In this document: positions 38,436-51,919 of the stretch, piece after piece
Position numbering within the stretch: position 1 is the first letter of the stretch
How the letters are laid out: every line of letters starts with the position of its first letter
Notes under the pieces: generated by a model
Databases searched by the model: none
What the model saw: only the letters and a program-made list of their open reading frames with translations
What the model was told of the DNA's origin: nothing
Translations under genes and position numbers: made by a program
Source of the DNA: Octopus sinensis
Taxonomy: Eukaryota
DNA: 64,000 nt
Assembly: GCF_006345805.1 (NCBI RefSeq)
Contig: NW_021833080.1
Coordinates: 25,691 to 89,690, forward strand
Reading direction: 5' to 3'

Positions 38436-38499
<64 letters not shown>

Positions 38500-38507
38500 A
38501 TCTATCT

Positions 38508-39251
38508 ATGATCAAAAAGAGGCCGAGGAAGGGCGATTGGCACCGCGAGTGTCGCGTTGCTCTCGGGCAACTCTGCCGTCCCGGGTCGACATTGAGTGAC
38601 TTCAACGCAACCAAAGCATTCTATAGGGGATTAGTGGAGGGGAGGTACAACGACGAGCTCGGGGCAAACCTGGGCGTCAACGAGGAATACCTGACCCGCC
38701 TGTTTCAAACGACTTTCGGCCCGGGACCTATGGACAACTTCCAGAGATCCCTGGCCTGGCGGTGCTACCGAGAAGCGCTACCCGTTCGGGATAAGCTCTA
38801 TAGGCATGGCTCGAGAAACACGGGGCCGACCTGCCCGAGATGCGGTCAGAGCGACGAAACCGCTCTGCACGCAATCGTGCAGTGTCCAGCAATTTCCGAC
38901 CTGTGGGCTTATGTCGAACGGCTGCTGTCATGTGTGGGACGTGTCGGTTTATCAGCCGAGTCTATCGTTAATATCGTCACGCCTCCTTCCTTCAAACGGG
39001 AAGGAAGAGCTATTTTTATCATACTTGTGGCTATGGCGAAAGAATGTATCTGGTGGACGCGCCTGAAAGGATTAGAGACAAACACTTTCCTCTCTGGTCA
39101 ATCTCTCATCAACTTCTTCAAGTATCACTTGAAGAGGAAAGTGAGAGTAGAGAGGCAAGTTTTGTCTAGTGAATGTTTTAAAAACAGATGGGTGAATGTA
39201 GCAAGGATGGCACGTATGAATGACGAAGCCACCTTGAATATGATTCTATGA
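38508..39251 (+). pseudogene. C-terminal part of an L1/Tx1-type ORF2 (post-RT region and CCHC zinc finger), 5'-truncated
   Basis: 247-aa open frame with CPRCGQSDETALHAIVQC; the ATG is formed at the junction with (TATC)n. Confidence 0.8.
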
Positions 39252-39604
39252 ACCATAAAAATTAATACAGAGAGTTGCTTATTTGCAAAAAAAAAAGAAA
39301 TATAACATGACTTCATTGACCGAGGTTACCGTGGTCTTTTCCGTAGGCTTTTCTTTCCACGGGTAAACCTCACCTGTCCTCCCCTTTACACTTCATATTG
39401 ACATTTCTGTGATAACGATCCCTATTATTCATTTTTTTCTCCCCCCCCCCTTTTTTAACCCCTCCCATTTTTTTGTCCTTTTTCCTTCCTTTTACGATCC
39501 CTTTTGATCGAAAACCACCACTCTCCTTTTTTTACCCCCAAAAGAAAAGCTCTACCTTGTAATTTGTTCTATCTGTGTGCAGCCCTGTGTGGCTAATAAA
39601 GAAA
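38510..39604 (+). mobile_element. 5'-truncated L1/Tx1-type LINE inserted in (TATC)n
   Basis: ORF2 end plus pyrimidine-rich 3' UTR ending ggctaataaagaaa; TATC repeats on both sides. Confidence 0.8.
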
Positions 39605-39606
39605 CA

Positions 39607-39654
<48 letters not shown>

Positions 39655-39726
39655 CATCCATCCATCCATCCATCTATCTATCTATCTATCTATCTATCTC
39701 TGTCTCTCTGTCTCTCTGTCTCTCTG

Positions 39727-39764
<38 letters not shown>

Positions 39765-39912
39765 TATATATACATGTAGGCGCACAGAGCGACACTAACT
39801 CACGCGTACACAAATCACACACGAACGGTGGCCAGCATGCACACACATGCATACACACACACTTGTCTATTTTGTGTGTGTGTGTGTGTATATATGTGTG
39901 TGTGTGTGTGTG

Positions 39913-39953
<41 letters not shown>

Positions 39954-40139
39954 GTGTGTGTGTGTGTGTGCATATGGCGTAATGAATTAATGGCTCAAAT
40001 ATGGGTTTACGCCAATAATTTTTGATTGATCCCCAACTGTTTTAATTGATGTAATTTTTACTTTTGACGATGCTGCAGCCACCCAAGCGAACAGCAAAAC
40101 AACTGTATCCATTTCAACGTTAGGGAAGTTTCGCGCCAT

Positions 40140-40680
40140 CACGATCGCCACCGCCGCCGCTGCTACCACCACCACCACCACCACCACCAACTCTACCACC
40201 AACTCTACCATCACCACCACCACCAACATCAACACCTTTCTTTACCATCACCACCAGTACCACTACCACCTTACTTTACCATCGCCACCAACACAGGCGA
40301 CCGCCACCAATGCCACCACTGGCTCCCATATTAAACCATCACCGCCAGCAGCAGCAGCACCATCGCCACAGCTACCACCACCAATACCGCCACCACCACC
40401 ACCGCCTCCACCACCACCACCATTGCCACCATCGCCGCCGTCACCACCACCGCCACCACCACCACCACCACCTCCACCACCACCACCACCATCACCACCA
40501 TCGCCAGCATTACCACCAAACATCACCAGCACCACCAGTACCATCGACACCACCTCTACTACCACTGCGATAGACACCATCTCCACCACCATCATCAACA
40601 AACACCACTACCACCACACACACCACCAACACCACTACAACCATTACCATCATTACCACTGGCATCAAGTCCATCGAATT
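40140..40680. repeat. (CAC/CAT)n low-complexity tract
   Basis: Direct reading. Confidence 0.9.
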
Positions 40681-41619
40681 TCGCCACCATCCATCTCATT
40701 TTCCTTCCATGTATCCATCTATCCATCCATCCATCCATCCATCCATCCATCTTTCCATCGGTCTATCCCAAAACCCGCCTATCTATTTCTACCATACCAC
40801 ACACCCTAAACCATTTCAGATGTTTAAACCATTAAAGTTTGCTACTCAAGATATCAGTATCTGTTTGTAATAACCCTCGCTGAGGGCCTTTTTCCTTTCC
40901 TTTTGACAACCATGTTAATCGGTAAAAGTGCTACTTTTATGGCGATTATACTTTATTACTTGGGCGGTGGTTTGACAAATTCGTTCGGGTGTAGGCAGAA
41001 AAGCAACCATTATCGTATATTAATAAGTATACAATCTTGTTCATTTACTTCGTAATGCGCTTATGGCTACGTCAGCAAGTATAATGAAGATTGCGATTTG
41101 CTGATGAGGTCAGAATAATGATGAAACGCGTGCATACACATATATTATAAGCATATGCATATTGTCATTTTCGCTGCAGTATGGTGGGTAACTGTAGGAG
41201 AAAATTGTATTAGGATGAGACTTTGATTAATATGGTTTACATGCACTTTGTTAAATATTTATATCTAAAAGAAGAATAAGATGTAATAGAAGGAGGTGGG
41301 GGAGAAGACGAAGAAAGAGAAGCTAAGAAAACTAGGAGGATGAGAAGTATGAGACGGAGAACAAGAAAAGTAGATGGAAATCAAGCTGAACAAGTCCAGC
41401 AAGACGATGAAGATGAAGAAGTGGAATGAATACAAGGAGGGAGAAAGATGAGAGGAAAGAACTAGAAAAGGTAGGACGACGAAGAAGACGAGGGGGAAGA
41501 GCGAAAAAGAGAAGAGGAAGAACACGAAGAAACATGGCGAGGCTGAAGAGGAGAATAAAAGAATAAAGTGGGCGGGGGTGAGGAAATGAAAAAGGATGAG
41601 TAGCAGCGGCTGCCGTAGC

Positions 41620-41625
41620 AGTATT

Positions 41626-41666
<41 letters not shown>

Positions 41667-41926
41667 CATATCATTATTATTATTATTATTACCATTATTA
41701 TTATTATTATTACTATTATTATTATTATCATTATCATTATTATTATTATTTTATTATTATTATTATTATTATTATTATAATTATTATTATTATCATCATT
41801 ATTATTATTATTATTATTATTATATTATTATTATTATTATTATCATTATTTTATTATTATTATCATTATTATTATCATTATTATTATTATTATTTATTAT
41901 TATTATCATTATTATTATTATATTAC

Positions 41927-41966
<40 letters not shown>

Positions 41967-41972
41967 GTTGTT

Positions 41973-42014
<42 letters not shown>

Positions 42015-42030
42015 AGTAGTAGTAGTAGTA
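41620..42030. repeat. (ATT)n followed by (GTA)n microsatellites
   Basis: Direct reading. Confidence 0.95.
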
Positions 42031-42394
42031 ATGCTTACAGATTATTCACACGGTCACAGTGACTCATCGTTAGATCTCACACACGGGAAAACATAACTTT
42101 AGTAGCTTTAAACACTTTTTTTTTTTTTTTTTTTAGTGTTTTCTACGTTTCTATTACCTTAGAGTAATTCCTCTTTGAAACTTCACGATTTAGACATCGT
42201 TATTAAAATGTCTTCCTTCGGGCGAGATTTGCTCTGACGTATTGTCAATTCAATAGACTACAACTAAATTTAGTCATACAGACGTATTTCTCGTAAATCC
42301 TCAGATAAAACGAAGAGAATCCGTCTTTTATTTTAAAAATAAACTCATTTACAATGTTTTATAGTTTTCTCAGAGTCGAGTGCGGCCTCGCGAG

Positions 42395-42828
42395 CACGCA
42401 CACACGCACGCACCCACGCACGCACCCATATACATGTGTACACACACTCGCACACACACACACACACATACATACACAACACATTTATATACCTATACAT
42501 ACATGCATGCATATAGCATATATACAAACAATACACACACATATTTGTATAACGTATAATATATATTTATATGTGTGTGTATGTGTGTGTAGCACACACG
42601 CACGCACGCACGCACCCATACACATGTGTACACACACTCGCACACACACACACACACAACACAACACATTTATATACCTATACATACATGCATGCATATA
42701 GCATATATACAAACAATACACACACATATTTGTATAACGTATAATATATATTTATATGTGTGTGTATGTGTGTGTGTGCATGTGTGTGTAGCACACACGC
42801 ACGCACGCACGCACCCATACACATGTGT

Positions 42829-42861
<33 letters not shown>

Positions 42862-43026
42862 ACACATTTATATACCTATACATACATGCATGCATATAGC
42901 ATATATACAAACAATACACACACATATTTGTATAACGTATAATATATATTTATATGTGTGTGTATGTGTGTGTGTGCATGTGTGTGTAGCACACACGCAC
43001 GCCACCACGCACCCATACACATGTGT

Positions 43027-43065
<39 letters not shown>

Positions 43066-43350
43066 TTTATATACCTATACATACATGCACATATAGCATA
43101 TATACAAACAATACACACACATATTTGTATAACGTATAATATATATTTATATGTGGTGTATGTGTGTGTGTGCATGTGTGTGTCACACACGCACGCACGC
43201 ACGCACCCATACACATGTGTACACACACGCCACACACACACACAACACACACACACACATTTATATACCTATACATACATGCATGCATAGCATATATACA
43301 AACAATACACACACATATTTGTATAACGTATAATATATATTTATATATGT
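42395..43350. repeat. Five tandem copies of a ~190-200-bp microsatellite-built unit
   Basis: Anchors acccata.acatgtgtac and atatttgtataacgtataatatatattt each recur five times. Confidence 0.9.
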
Positions 43351-43569
43351 GTGTATGTGTGTGTGTGTGTGTTTGTGCATGTGTGTGTATGTGTATTGGC
43401 GTATGTATACACAGACACTCATTCGCACACAGACACACATATATAGACACACACACATACACACTAACGCATTTCTGTGTCTATTTGCGTGCAAGTACAT
43501 GGCCGTATCTGCGTGATAGCGTGAATATGTCTGCGTATGCGTGTGCGTGTGTGTATAAGCGTTTGCCTC

Positions 43570-43631
<62 letters not shown>

Positions 43632-45289
43632 TGTGTGTGTGAACTTCTGTAAAATGCCATATCTTCCGGACGAATATCAGTGCGAGAGATTGTAAATACA
43701 TGCAAATTAAAAAAAAAAATTATAAAGAGAAATAAATTTAAACAACTAAGCGATTATAAACTTAAAGACACTTTAATGAATGGACATTTTACACAAATAG
43801 AGAAACTTACACATGAATACATGCGCGCGCGCACACACACACACACTCACACACGCATACATACAAAGAGACATAGATGCATACTGATACACATACACAT
43901 ACAGACACACACAGACTCACATCGACGTGGAATGTCTACTAAAATCTCCTTGATAGAATTAGATGTTATACTTAGAGCTAGAAATATTACGGCCAGCTGA
44001 GTGAATCGTTCGCACGCCGGACAGAATTCTTAACGGTATCGCTTCCGGCTTTTTGCCTTCTCAGTTCAAACTCTGAGATCGAGTTAGTCCTTCCTCTTTT
44101 CAGGACCGGTTAAGTAAATAGCGATGGGTCGCCGAGGATGATGCAATCAATTATCACTTTCTTGAAATCGACTTATTCCATCCTTGTGCCAGATTATGAA
44201 GCCATACTTACAACTAGAATTACTAGTATCCTTTTCAAGGTTTACATTTGAGCAAGAAAATCTCGCATCGAAAACTGTAATGTTGCAGCGGGTTCCTCTC
44301 ACACATCTCGGGTAACGTATCTGACGAATTTATACCTCCCGTATAAATTAGCAATACATTCCCCTGACTTAAACAGTGCTATGTATAAGGAAACACATAC
44401 TTTGGTATGTTACGCTACTCCAGCCAAAGAGAAAGCTTGAATGATTATCCATAAATTCTTTAAAAACTATGGCTTCACTCTTTACCTCGCTATCACAGAT
44501 TAAAAGTGGTTAATTTCCCATATCTTACACTCGGTTACCGGATAGGATTATATAAAAGTAATATGTTGCTATATGACAACAATAAATCCTTTTGTCACCC
44601 TGACCCATAATTAGGGGTTTGTAAAATATTTATCCATACGACTATCCACTCTTTCGGCCAACGAGCAAATTTTAAGTAACAATGCACTATAATAAAATGA
44701 GGACTTAGCTAGGAGCGGTTACAGCTTCAATATTGAATTGTATGCAGATACTTCCTTGAAACATTCTTTCAAAGCAATTTCCCAACTCTTACACGCCCAA
44801 CACGCTGGAATTATGAGCTCCATCCAGTTCCGCGAGGAAATAAGCATTCCAACATTGATAGACGCAAAGACAGCTTCACTATCCTTATGAGTAATACGAT
44901 GAACAGTCCTCTTCAGACAAGAGATTAACGCATGGATATCTTCTGCCATGGATGGGCAGTAGTAACAGTACAGAAGTAAAACTTTAAATCACAGGGGCTG
45001 CCTTGATATAATATTACACTTTGCTATAAAGGGACGAGCTGGCAGAGAAGTTAGCACGCTAGGCAAAATAATTAGTGGCATTTCATCTGTCTTAACGTTC
45101 TGAATTCAAATTCCGCCAAGGTCTACTTAGCCTTTCGTCATTTAGGGATCGATAAAACGATAATCAATTGAACACTGAGGATGATGTCATCAACGTACCA
45201 CCTCCAGGAATTTGCTGGCTCTCTGCAAAAGCTTGAAACCAATATTAATGGTTGCTGTAGTGAAAAGGAAATTGAACACGTTTCTTTCT

Positions 45290-45695
45290 TTCTTTTATTT
45301 CTTTTACTTGTTTCAGTCATTTGACTGCGGCCATACTGGAGCACCGCCTTTAGTCGAGCAAATCGACCCCGGGACTTATTCTTTGTAAGCCCAGTACTTA
45401 TTCTATCAGTCTCTTTTTTCCGAACCGCTAAGTGATGGGGACGTAAACGCACCAGCATCGGTTGTCAAGTAATGCTGGGGGGACAAACACAGACACAGAC
45501 ACACAAACACACACACATATATATATATATATACGACAGGCTTCTTTCAGCTTCCGTCTACCAAATCCACTCACAAGGCATTGGTCGGCCCGGGACTATA
45601 GCAGAAGACACTTGCCCAAGATGTCACGCAGTGGGACTGAACCCGGAACCATGTGGTTGTTAGCAAGCTACTTACCACACGGCCACTCTTGTGCC
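45290..45695 (-). mobile_element. SINE family A, full length
   Basis: Match to family A. Confidence 0.9.
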
Positions 45696-45831
45696 TACAC
45701 TGTCGCATTAGAATTCGTTGTGACCGGAGCAAGTGAAACCAGGGAGTAATTCAGGTCACTGCTCCTCGAACGAACATTTCATAGGTTTGTTTTAAAAAAG
45801 TTGAGTCATTATGTTTAGCTTCTATTTCAGT

Positions 45832-45956
45832 TCCGTCTGATGAAAGCGGTTGTTGATCAATATGATTGAACATAATTTATAAGCTGTAAATTATAAATTA
45901 TAAATTTTATTTATTCATGGAGCTTGATTATGGATCGCTGAAACGATCGTAATGGA
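45832..45956 (+). ncRNA. Type I hammerhead-like motif with long stem II insert
   Basis: tccgt-CTGATGA-a-agcggtt...ggatcgct-GAAAC-GATC-GTA-atgga. Confidence 0.55.
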
Positions 45957-46110
45957 TATGACAAATTCATGGCCCCTGTTTTCCCTATATGTACATATGT
46001 ATCTCCAAGCATTTTTCAGACCTGAAAGATTGCTTCGAGATACATGGCATGCCATATAAATGTGCCAAATAAACTACTTTACTTCTAAAGTATTAGCAGG
46101 TCTTTTATAA

Positions 46111-46158
<48 letters not shown>

Positions 46159-46250
46159 ATATATAATGTGATCGCTTCGACAACTGAACGTGGTAAACTG
46201 GGCACCTTTTCAGACAACGTTGATTTGATAGAGTATCCATCAAATGTGTG

Positions 46251-46286
<36 letters not shown>

Positions 46287-46443
46287 AACACACACACACA
46301 GACAACTCTCTCTTGATGGACATATAAGGAGCTAGTCAACAATAAAAATCTCTAGTGAAACCCAAACTGATCGGTCGAGACATATGTTGTACCTAATAAA
46401 AGTCTAATACGAAATCCATCTCCTACTATTAATTAATACTCTC

Positions 46444-46490
<47 letters not shown>

Positions 46491-46533
46491 ATATATATAT
46501 TTATAATTAAAATAACTAACAAGGACATCCAGA

Positions 46534-46625
46534 GGTAATACAGTACGATCGTTTCATGCAACTCAATTTAATTGAACAATGCAATCATTTCATCAATTTA
46601 AAATGCAGAGCAATATTCAGCTGCA
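46534..46625 (-). ncRNA. Hammerhead-like arm with degenerate CTGAATA core, inverted partner of 47034-47125
   Basis: About 90% reverse-complement match to 47034-47125 by eye. Confidence 0.45.
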
Positions 46626-47033
46626 GATCTTCGCCTTAGACATAACCACTACCACCAATATCACCATCATTGTGATCATTATCAATTATCATCATCATCA
46701 TCATCAGCAGCAGCAGCAGCAGCAACAGCAACAATTTGAATTATCATTTCACTTCCTGCAGTCACTAATGGATACTGCCCTCTGTTCTCTCAGCGTTAGA
46801 AATACAAGGGATTTGATAAAATAGTCTATAAATTAAAATTGACCCCATAAAAACAAAAATATCAGTGACAGGCAGAGTCTGTAAAAATGTATATCTTCTT
46901 GAAAATTTCAGTAACTTCTAAACTGGAGTGGGACAACATGTTCTTTGTCTATCTCCTTAACAGATTGGAGATTTTAGGTATGATTATACTAATGTGTCCA
47001 TCTGTTCAAATTTAATTAAATTCTATGTCTTTG

Positions 47034-47125
47034 TGCAGCTGAAGATTCTTCTGCATTTTAAATTGATGTAATGATTGCATTGTTCAATTAAATGGAGTTG
47101 CAGGAAACGATCGTACTGCCTTACC
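47034..47125 (+). ncRNA. Type I hammerhead-like motif with long stem II
   Basis: gcag-CTGAAGA-ttctt-ctgca...tgcag-GAAAC-GATC-GTA-ctgc. Confidence 0.55.
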
Positions 47126-47279
47126 TTGTTGCTTATTTTGATTTGAAAAACCGTACTTTGAAATTGAATGGAAAATACCGTACTAAATTCTTGTGTCTCA
47201 ACTTAAGTACCATATTCATCAGGATTTACCGTACCCAAAGCATATATATATATATATGTATATATATAATATATATATA

Positions 47280-47312
<33 letters not shown>

Positions 47313-47601
47313 GTACAAAGTAAAATAGGGGTTATGAGGGTAACCCATTATGGGATATCAGTTATCCAATATATTATCTCAATACATCTGACTAATATAG
47401 GCAGAATGAGATACTTTTATCTATAGGCTGAAACAGCTGTAAGCACCATTTTATGTGTATTATTCTTATGGTATTATCATCTTGCATATTGATGTATATT
47501 GTTTTGTTCGATTTGAATGTTCCTATTTATATAGTTAATAAATAATATGAAATGGTAATATCTGTAAGTTCATGATTGAAATGAATTTGTTCCTCCATTT
47601 A

Positions 47602-47641
<40 letters not shown>

Positions 47642-48577
47642 CAGTTTAGTCTTAAGTTTTTACGACAATAGTACTGTGAGTGCATCGGCGTTGGACATTG
47701 ATGGACAATGAATCTCATGACAAGGTAAACAGAAACCAAATTATAATGAGAAATAACAACTCAAAGTAGTACTTCTACTACTAACAATGAATAAGTACAA
47801 ACTATTGCACATTCGTCGCAATCTTCAACTTGTCTATCATCATCGTCTTAGACATAACCACTACCACCAACATCATCATCATTGCGAACATTTTTCAGTT
47901 TTCATGATCATGATCATCATCATCATCAACAACAACAACAACAACACCACCAACAACAAATTGAAGTATCATTTCCCCTCCTGCAGTGTACTATCGCCAT
48001 CAACATCTTATGTACCGCAAAGCAACCATCATTGCCACTATGAGAAAGAAAAACGGCAACGACCACGATGAATCCGTCTGCCATCACCACCACCACCACC
48101 ACCACCTCCACCTCCACCACCACCACAACCACACCACCACCACCACCACCACCACAACCACCACCACCACCACCACCACAACCACCGCTTACAATCGTCA
48201 ATAACAATAACTATACTCACGGCTCAGACAGAGAGCGACATATCCCTTAAAGACATGCATCCCCCACCACACCACCTCACAAATCCTCTTAGTCTGATTT
48301 TATTAATGGGGCTCTTTGTCTCTCTACTCTTTCTCACTGGCCAGGTACACGTAAACTTATGTCTGGGAATACACACACACACACACACACACACATACAC
48401 ACACACACACGCGCACGCACGCACACACACGCACACATATCCATCAACACAAAAACATACATAGACGTATATTTATGGTATATATCAATGTATATTTGAA
48501 TGTATGTGCGTCTGTGTATATGTATATATATGGGTGTGTGTGTGTATGTTTGTGTTTGTGATACATGTATGTGTGAG

Positions 48578-48608
<31 letters not shown>

Positions 48609-48653
48609 ATACATACATACATACATGTATCCGTATACAAATATATTTATGTA

Positions 48654-48688
<35 letters not shown>

Positions 48689-48757
48689 CACATGTATATG
48701 TATACATGTGTATATATATATATATACATGCATACATATATATATATATGTATACAT

Positions 48758-48806
<49 letters not shown>

Positions 48807-49290
48807 TACATACATACACATGCATATATATATATGTGCCTATATGTACTATATATGTATCTGTATATGTATATATATATATATATATATTCATATACAC
48901 ACGTATATACATAGATTCGTATATATATATGTTTATATATATATGCATACATGCAATTATATACATACATATGCGTACACACACATGCACATACACACAC
49001 ATATCTTACAACGGACACAGATGTGTATGTTGCTGTAAATGCGTGGTGACTTTCTTTACACCATCTGACAGAAGCATGCGTGCGTATATGTGTGTGTGTG
49101 TTTGTGCGTGCATATGCTTGTGCGTTTGTTAGTGCGTGCGTTTATTTGAACTTGGCATGTATATGCGTGCTTTTCTAAATATTTATGCGTGTAGATGAAT
49201 GTTTATACGTCTATTTATTTTACATTATATAGTGCGCATATAGAGTGCAGACGTATAATTCTCATATACACCACAACTATTATCTATATA

Positions 49291-49319
<29 letters not shown>

Positions 49320-49332
<13 letters not shown>

Positions 49333-50610
49333 TGAGAATGTGTGTCTGTCTGTCTGTCTGTGTGAATCTCTAAAACTTGAGAACTACACAACCAATTTCA
49401 TTCAAATTTTATACATGCCTTACTTAGGGTCCAGGGAGTGTCATGGGCAAAAACAGTTTTAACTTTTTGTCCAGGGCGAGCCCACAGCAATATATATTTT
49501 CCACTATGAATCCCTAAAACTTGAGAACTACATAACCAATTTCATTCAAATCTTACACATGCCTTACTTAGGGTCCATGTAGTTTCATGGGCAAAACAAA
49601 TGTTCAACCTCTTGCTTAGAGCGAGCCCATAGCAATATCATATCTTCTCCACTATGAATCCCTAAAACTTGAGAACTACACAACCAATTTCATTCAAATT
49701 TTACACATGCCTTACTTAGTGTCCATGTATTTTTATGGGCAAAAAAGTTTCTAACTTCCTGCCTAGGGCGAGCCCACAGCAGTATCATATCATCTCTATT
49801 ATTTCAGTATTACGTGTTAAAAGTGAAACAAAAACATCTCTCTATTGTAATGTCAGATACTTTCACTTTAATACTGAAACTATTAAAGTCAAACTATTAT
49901 ATAAGAGGGATGAACCATTAACAGTGGACATCCATTTTGCTAGAAGAAGATCCGCTATGGTCTTATATGCTACACCACTGGTTTTCAATACATATTAATC
50001 AAATTATTATTGAATTACTCACCCTTATTATTTTAAATTTAAACACAGGACCATGTGTTTTGGAACGAAGTTTGTTACCACAGAGCCACACCTGCAGCTA
50101 TGTATGTGTGTGTGTGTGTGTGTGCGTATGTGTGTATAGCTGTATATGTATACATTTATTTCTATACATATAGTTGTATATGTATACATGTATATGTGTA
50201 GATGTATATATATATAGATGTACCTGTAATATGTACGCATATATTCACATATATACATGCATACATATATACACCCATACACACATACACACACACACTT
50301 ACATAGGTGCAGGTGTGGCTGTGTAGTAACAAACTTCGTTCCAAAACACATGGTCCTGGGTTCAGTCCCACTGTGTGGTGACTTGGCAAGAAATGTGTGT
50401 CTGTCTGTTTGTCTGTCTGTGTGAAACCCTAAAACATGAGAGCTACAGAACCAATTTCATACACATTTTACACATGCCTTACTTAGGGTCCATGTAGTGT
50501 CATGGGCAAAAAAATGTTTAACGTCTTGCCTAGGGCGGGCCCACAGCAATATCATATCTTCACTATTTCAGTATTAAATGTTAAAGGTGAAATAAAAACA
50601 TCACTCTATT
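49320..50610 (+). mobile_element. Helitron-like non-autonomous element with ~146-bp internal tandem units, interrupted by SINE A pieces
   Basis: tatatataaaactgagaatg-(tgtc)n start; units at 49364, 49508, 49656 and a fourth at about 50423; no clear 3' hairpin-CTRR end identified. Confidence 0.55.
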
Positions 50611-51319
50611 GTAAGTATATGGATGTATATGTATAGCTGTATATGTATACAAGTATATATAGATGTACTTCTAATATGTCCAAGGCTACGACATCCAGTA
50701 GATAACTGGATAAATTAAAAGATAAATAGCTACACAGATTGATACACACGTACATACATAAATACCTAGCTGTTTTGATATATATTAACTGTGACAACCG
50801 GTCTGTGTTGATTCAAATTGTGTACCCCGAAACACAAACACACGCACACGTATACATACACACACACACACACTTTTGTATTCGCAATTTGAATACCGTA
50901 AGTAGAGTATCTTACCTATGTATACATATATACTTATAGAGCTTACAAATTTGTTGTAAATATTTTCGATTATTCTTCAAAGCACCCATTTATTCGAGAT
51001 TTGATGAGAGCAGTATATCTTGCATTGTAATTTAAATATATTTATCTTACTAGAAGCTATTTTTTTTTCAAAAATTTTAACAAATTAGTCGAAAAGAAAT
51101 TCCTTTGTCTGCCGGATCCTTGTCAGAAATAGTCGTAAAGACTGAGTAACATACTTCATCTAGTGACAAATATCTTTCGTAACAATATTTTGTAACTATA
51201 GAAATCTTCCCATTTTGCAGACGCAAAATGTACAAGACTTCACTTGAGAGGATCTTTGTTTAGTTGGTAACTTGTAACTTCTGTAAATTTCACTTGTTAG
51301 AGTCATCCTCAAACATGAG

Positions 51320-51707
51320 TATGTTTTGCATTCAACTTGCACATGCAAGTGCTACCAGTTAAAAGCTCCGTATACCGGAAACCAGCAAGTGCATGGGGTC
51401 ATCAGAAGAGAATGCGCGCCGTTTCGGGGCCTACCTCTCCACGGCATCAATGCGCACCGGCCCCCCTCACTGATATGAAGCCCCGCTTGCTAGATCAGCT
51501 GTTATCAAATTAAGCTCAATATCCTTCTAGCCATCGTTCATCGTCTCTTTTTAACCAAATCCAGTGGCTAGCCTTCTCCACTGTAGATTGGATATCGGTC
51601 ATGGTGTTATTGACTTTACGATGAGTTAGGCCTAGCGATAACAACAGTCGTCTCACACTGTGTCCAACGAACATCTACATCCGACTTCGATTGGAAAGAA
51701 TATTACT
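51320..51707 (-). mobile_element. Second HERO-type 3' fragment
   Basis: Reverse complement of 13207-13570, extending upstream to KVIFFPIEVGCR; 1-bp deletion after GCR. Confidence 0.75.
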
Positions 51708-51875
51708 TTGTAGAAATATTCCAATTTGTCATGCAGATGCTTCTTCATGTTTTCCTGAGCTCCTATTATTTCTACATTGATGTGGCACTATACTCTTATT
51801 TCTGGACATAAACGAACAGATTTCCTATGTTTATCACGTCTTAAAGATATTCTTGATTAAACCGATGAACATATT

Positions 51876-51917
<42 letters not shown>

Positions 51918-51919
<2 letters not shown>

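Noticed and set aside
40263-40809. Gly-rich and Pro-rich ORFs
   Set aside because: Products of (CAC)n low-complexity DNA
41098-41135. CTGATGA-ggtca..tgat-GAAACGCGTG hammerhead-like motif
   Set aside because: G at the cleavage position, broken stem II closure and only a 2-bp stem I; at best a relic
46164-46220. Minus-strand CTGAAAA...GAAGCGATC motif
   Set aside because: Two core substitutions and no clear stem II
47430-47441. GAAACAGCTGTA half-core
   Set aside because: No matching CTGANGA with a pairing stem I upstream
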